Positions 58,756 through 64,000 of a stretch of DNA of 64,000 nucleotides are shown here, in pieces. Below the pieces are notes generated by a model. The model saw only the letters and a program-made list of their open reading frames with translations, searched no databases and was not told the DNA's origin. The first letter of the stretch is position 1; every line of letters begins with the position of its first letter. Position numbers and translations under genes: made by a program. Source of the stretch: Squalus acanthias (taxonomy: Eukaryota); NCBI GenBank assembly GCA_030390025.1, contig JASTWF010000037.1, positions 434,001 to 498,000 on the forward strand, read 5' to 3'.

Positions 58756-59294
58756 TTTATCTGTCTTTCAGATGCACCACTACCTTTTCAGATGTGGAGT
58801 GGCTATGGCCTATTTTTCCTTGCCTCAGATCATGCTCTTAAGTTGTCTCTTTCCCCTTCTCCCCTCTTCTTTTTCTCCCCCCACCCCTCCCCATGCAATA
58901 TATTCTCCCTTCTCCTAGGAAGGGATGTGGGGGGGTGGGTGGTACGGTCATGTTACAATGGCATCGTTTACACAACAGGCCTCCCACACGTTGGCGAGTT
59001 CCTTCATCGTTTTGGGATGGGGGAAGGGAGAGAGGGAGCGATTATCACAGACCAGCTTTGTCCTAGCCTCACCTGATGTTGCCGGGACTGGGGAACTTTA
59101 GCTATGGGGAAAGATTGGAGAGGCTGGGGTTGTTTTCTTTGGAACAGAGGAGGCTGAGGGGAGATTTAATTGAGGCGTATAAAATTATGAGGGGCCTAGA
59201 TAGAGTGGATAGGGAGGACCTATTTCCCTTAGCAGAAGGGTCAATAACCAGGGGGCATAGATTTAAAGTAATTGGTAGAAGGATTAGAGTCATA

Positions 59295-59913
59295 GGGGGA
59301 AAAATTGAGTAGCGCCCCCACGGCCGAAATTGAGTGGTAGCGCCCCAAGAGGGAGGTGGGGTGCTATTGGAAGCGCCCCGCCTCCCTCCTGGGGCGCTGC
59401 GAGGGAATATCGCGGCGCTACGAGCCGCGGTATTGCAGGCCTTTCTCCCCTTCTTAAAGGAGAGGGGCCTTGCGCAGCGCGACCCGGGGCCCGGCTGGGC
59501 CACCGGGATCGGAGTGCCGGCAAAAGAGCCCGGCACTCAAGAGAATTGCCGTGCTCAGGAGGCCAGGGACAGCAGCGGAGGCAGGTGCTGGCAGGTGGCC
59601 AGCAACAAAAATGGCCACCGGGCACCTCCCCTTTAAATAGCGCTGCCCCGGCCGCAGGTAGGCCCCCCTGACCCCGTCGGGGGCGCTACCGAAGATCGCG
59701 ACCGGGGCGCGAGCGGGGCACTGCGCACGGCGATGACATCATCGCTGGTGTCACAGCGCCGCAGGGCGCTAACGGATACCGCCGCCGCTAACCTCCCGCT
59801 GAATTTCGCGGGAGGCGTTGGCGGCGCCGCGCCCGTGCGCTAGTTGCTTTGCGCCCCGTTAGCGCCCTCTTAGGGTGCTAACGGGAGGCGCAAAGCAAAC
59901 AAATTTTTCACCC
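59295..59913. mobile_element. GC-rich MITE, inverted homologue of 18171-18805
   Basis: GGGGAAAAATT ... AATTTTTCACCC termini; inserted in gagtcatag|atagagtc. Confidence 0.8.
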
Positions 59914-60705
59914 ATAGAGTCATAGAGTCATAACGGCACAGAAGGAGGCCATTCGGCCCATCGAGTCCGTGCCGGCTCTCTGTAGAGCAATCCAGTCAGT
60001 CCCATTCCCCCGCTCTATCCCCGTAGCCCTGCAAGTTTATTTTCCTCAAGTGCCTGTCCAGTCTCCCCTTGAAAACATTGAGTGTCTCCACTTCCACCAC
60101 TTCCGTCGGCAGCAAGTTCCAGGTCCTCACCACTCGCTGCGTATAAAAGTTTTTCCTCACATCCCCCCTGTATCTCTTGCCCAAAACCTTAAATCTGTGT
60201 CCCCTAGTCCTTGTACCATCAACTACTGGGATCAGCCTTTCCCCGTCTAGCCTATCCAAACCCTATCCAATCTTGTACACCTCTATCAAATCACCCCTCA
60301 ACCTCCTTTGCTCTAATGAAAACAAATCCAGCTTCTCCAACCTGTCCTTGTAGCTAAGATCCCCCATCCCCGGAACAATTCTGGTAAATCTCCTCTGCAC
60401 CCTCTCAAGGGCCTTCACATCCTTCCTAAAGTGTGGTGACCAGAACTGGATGCAATACTCCAGTTGTGGCCTAACCAGCGCTTTATAAAGGTTCAGCATA
60501 ACTTCTCTACTTTTGTACTCAATACCTCTATTTATGAAGCCCAAGATCTCATATGCTTTGCTAACCACTCTCTCAATATGTCCTGCCACCTTCAGGGACC
60601 TATGCACATTAACTCCCAGGTCCCTCTGTCCCTGCACACTCTGTAAAACTGTGCCATTAAGTGTATATTGCCTCTCCTGTTCCTTCTGCCAAAATGCATC
60701 ACCTC
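59914..60705 (-). mobile_element. CR1 3' portion
   Basis: ILGFINRGIEYKSREV..RPQLEYCIQFWSPH; (GACTCTAT)n tail. Confidence 0.9.
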
Positions 60706-60961
60706 AGAGGGGAGTTGAGGAGAAAATGTTTTCACCCAGAGGGTGGTGGGGGTCTGGAACTCACTGCCTGAAAGGGTGGGAGAGGCAGAAACCCTCATCG
60801 CATTTAAAAAGTACTTGGATATGCACTTGAAGTGCCCTAAACTACAGGGCTACGGACCAAGAGCTGGAAAGTGGGATTAGGCTGGATGGCTCTTTGTCGG
60901 CCGGCACGGACACGATGGGCCGAATGGCCTCCTTCTGTGCCGTGAACCTCTATGATTCTAT

Positions 60962-61362
60962 GAAGTACTTTTTTAGAAGTGTGGTCACTGTTGTAATGTG
61001 GGAAACGAGGCGGCCAATTTGCGCACAGCAAGCTCCCACAAATAGCAATGAGATAATGGCCAGATCATTTTTTTTTAGTGCTGTTGGTTGAAGGAAAATA
61101 TTGGCCCCAAAACCAGGGAGAACTCCCCCCTGCTCTTCTTCCAATGGTGGCCGTGGGATCTTCTACATCCACCTGAGAGAGCAGACGGGGCCCTCGGTTT
61201 AACGTCTCATCCGAAAGACGGCACCTCTGACAGTGCTGCACTCCCTCAGTACTGGCACTGGGAGCGTCGGCCCGGATTATGGGCTCAAGCATCTGCACTG
61301 CGACTTGAACCCACGATCTTCTGACTCGGAGGCAAGAGAGCGATCCACTCAGCCACGGCTGA
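60962..61362 (-). mobile_element. tRNA-derived SINE
   Basis: A and B boxes on the minus strand plus the conserved core. Confidence 0.8.
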
Positions 61363-61619
61363 CATGTGATCTCTGATCTTTCCCCTCTCATTCTTCCTAA
61401 ATTCCAAACACCCCCATCTGAGAGGATCTTCCTTCCTCCCTCTATCCTCACTCTATTGAAATCCTCACACCGTTTCCCACTCCAACCCCTTCCTTACAGT
61501 TCCTCAAAACTGGAGAACTCCTCTCCACCATTGGCCCTCACTTCCTCCTACAATCCATGGCCATTAAAGACCAATTTTGGTGTCATAGCAACAGGAGGAG
61601 GCCATTCAGCGCCTCGGGC

Positions 61620-62948
61620 GACAGTGTGGGGGAGCTGGATTAACATCAGTAGAGATACAGTCAGTAACACAGGGTGCTGGGGGAGAGGGGTTACTGAGTG
61701 ACAGTGTGAGGGAGCTGGATTAACATCAGTAGAGATACAGTCAATAACACAGGGTGCTGGGGGAGAGGGGTTACTGAGTGACAGTGTGAGGGAGCTGGAT
61801 TAACATCAGTAGAGATACAGTCAATAACACAGGGTGCTGGGGGAGAGGGGTTACTGAGTGACAGTGTGAGGGAGCTGGATTAACATCAGTAGAGATACAG
61901 TCAATAACACAGGGTGCTGGGGGAGAGGGGTTACTGAGTGACAGTGTGAGGGAGCTGGATTAACATCAGTAGAGATACAGTCAGTAACACAGGGTGCTGG
62001 GGGAGAGGGGTTACTGAGTGACAGTGTGGGGGAGCTGGATTAACATCAGTAGAGATACAGTCAGTAACACAGGGCGCTGGGGGAGAGGGGTTACTGAGTG
62101 ACAGTGTGAGGGAGCTGGATTAACATCAGTAGAGATACAGTCAATAACACAGGGTGCTGGGGGAGAGGGGTTACTGAGTGACAGTGTGAGGGAGCTGGAT
62201 TAACATCAGTAGAGATACAGTCAATAACACAGGGTGCTGGGGGAGAGGGGTTACTGAGTGACAGTGTGAGGGAGCTGGATTAACATCAGTAGAGATACAG
62301 TCAATAACACAGGGTGCTGGGGGAGAGGGGTTACTGAGTGACAGTGTGAGGGAGCTGGATTAACATCAGTAGAGATACAGTCAGTAACACAGGGTGCTGG
62401 GGGAGAGGGGTTACTGAGTGACAGTGTGGGGGAGCTGGATTAACATCAGTAGAGATACAGTCAGTAACACAGGGCGCTGGGGGAGAGGGGTTACTGAGTG
62501 ACAGTGTGAGGGAGCTGGATTAACATCAGGAGAGATACAGTCAGTAACACAGGGCGCTGGGGGGAGAGGGGTTACTGAGTGACAGTGTGAGGGAGCTGGA
62601 TTAACATCAGTGGAGATACAGTCAGTAACACAGGGCACTGGGGGAGAGGGAATACTGAGTGACAGTGTGGGGGAGCTGGATTAACATCAGTGGAGATACA
62701 GACAGTGACACAGGGCGCTGGGGGAGAGGGGTTACTGAGTGACAGTGTGGGGGAGCTGGATTAACATCAGTGGAGATACTGTCAGTAACACAGGGCACTG
62801 GGGGAGAGGGAATACTGAGTGACCGTGTGAGGGAGCTGGATTAACATCAGTGGAGATACAGTCAATAACACAGGGTGCTGGGGGAGAGGGGTTACTGAGT
62901 GACAGTGTGAGGGATGGATTAACATCAGGAGAGATACAGTCAGTAACT
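61620..62948. repeat. 80-bp satellite, about 16.5 copies
   Basis: Unit GACAGTGTGAGGGAGCTGGATTAACATCAGTAGAGATACAGTCAATAACACAGGGTGCTGGGGGAGAGGGGTTACTGAGT, period 80. Confidence 0.95.
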
Positions 62949-63872
62949 GGGACTCTCAATAGAAAGTATAATCCCCATACCACTCACAAACCCACACTAA
63001 CACCTGAAGGTGATTCGCGAGTCTCCCCTCCTTTTTATCCGTGACCTTAGTTTGACATCAACGCAAAGAGGAGAAAAAGACCCTTTAAGCTGCAGGCACG
63101 GCCCAATTCCTGAACCGTAGTCGAGGCCTTTTGTCTCTTAAACTGGTTGCCTCACTGATGATTGAAAATTCGCTCTGTCTTCTTCACGTTAAATGGCTGG
63201 GTAGATCTGAACAATTCCCCAACAGATGGTGGCCCTGGGTCATCTCCATCCAGCAGCTGTTAATGGTCTGCCCATTTCTTGGCCGCCGCGGTTAGCAAGG
63301 TAGCGACTTAGCTACCATTCAGCACTAATTGGTAGTAATTAGTCACGTAAAGGCCTCAAGGACAGCTGGTGAGTTCATTTTTCTAACGTAATGCTTGAGG
63401 TTGGATCAGTGCCGGTGTGGAACAAGTGCTTTCTCATTCACCTCACTCTCTGTCTTCTCAGCAACATGAGTCAGCACCCGGGGGGGAGGAGGCGGGGGGG
63501 GGGGAAACGAGGAAAGAAAATGGGAAGAGGAGGGCTTCAGCCCTACGACCCTCTCAGATCTCTGCACTCCTCCAATTCTGGCCGCCTACGCACCCCCCAC
63601 CCGCCCCCCCCCCCCATTTCCATCGCTCCACCATTGGCGGCCGTGCCTTCGGCCTCCTTGTCCCCAAGCTCTCCCTAAACCTCTCCGCCTCACTCTCCTT
63701 CCTGCAACTGGCATTTATAAAGAGCCTTTAACATAGTAAAACGTCCAAAGGCGCTTCAGAAAACCGTTCATCAGACAAAACCTGACACCAAGCCACGTAA
63801 TGAGGTATTAGGACTGGTGAACAAAAGTATGGTCAAAGATGTAGGTTATAAGGAGTGGCTTAAAGGTAGAGA

Positions 63873-64000
63873 GGGACAGTGTAGAGGGAGTTTTACTCTG
63901 TATCTAACCCGTGCTGTACCTGCCCTGGGAGTGTTTGATGGGACAATGTAGAGGGAGCTTTACTCTGTATCTAACCCATGCTGTACCTGCCCTGGGAGTG
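63873..64000. repeat. 67-bp tandem repeat, truncated by the window end
   Basis: Unit GGGACAGTGTAGAGGGAGCTTTACTCTGTATCTAACCCGTGCTGTACCTGCCCTGGGAGTGTTTGAT, about 2 copies visible. Confidence 0.85.

Noticed and set aside
61620..62948. Regular array superficially like CRISPR
   Set aside because: Whole 80-bp units repeat with no unique spacers, there are no cas genes, and the context is vertebrate.

Overview
Repeat-dense vertebrate DNA, most likely from a shark or other cartilaginous fish, judged from its CR1, L2, RTE, Tx1 and Penelope retroelements, tRNA-derived SINEs and GC-rich MITEs. Two spliced genes could be reconstructed by hand, facing away from each other. One is a two-exon RNF227-like RING finger gene on the minus strand (CDS 14368-13984 + 10391-10336, 146 aa). 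The other is a complete 23-exon ZPAX-like egg-coat gene on the plus strand (CDS 19636-42943, 974 aa) with signal peptide, N-terminal ZPAX region, ZP module and C-terminal transmembrane helix; all its introns are GT-AG and all phases close. The most striking unexplained structure is a mutational domain at about 19.55-45.6 kb that coincides with the ZPAX transcription unit. There, transposon copies have lost most CpGs and carry many short deletions, while sibling copies in the flanks look much better preserved. This is a by-eye comparison, not a count. Other notable items are hammerhead-ribozyme-like cores in Penelope elements, MITEs inserted twice at the same site of a CR1 tail, a solo LTR with a 5-bp TSD, a cluster of RFX X-box-like motifs and four tandem arrays. 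Repeat boundaries are approximate; exon boundaries were read base by base.
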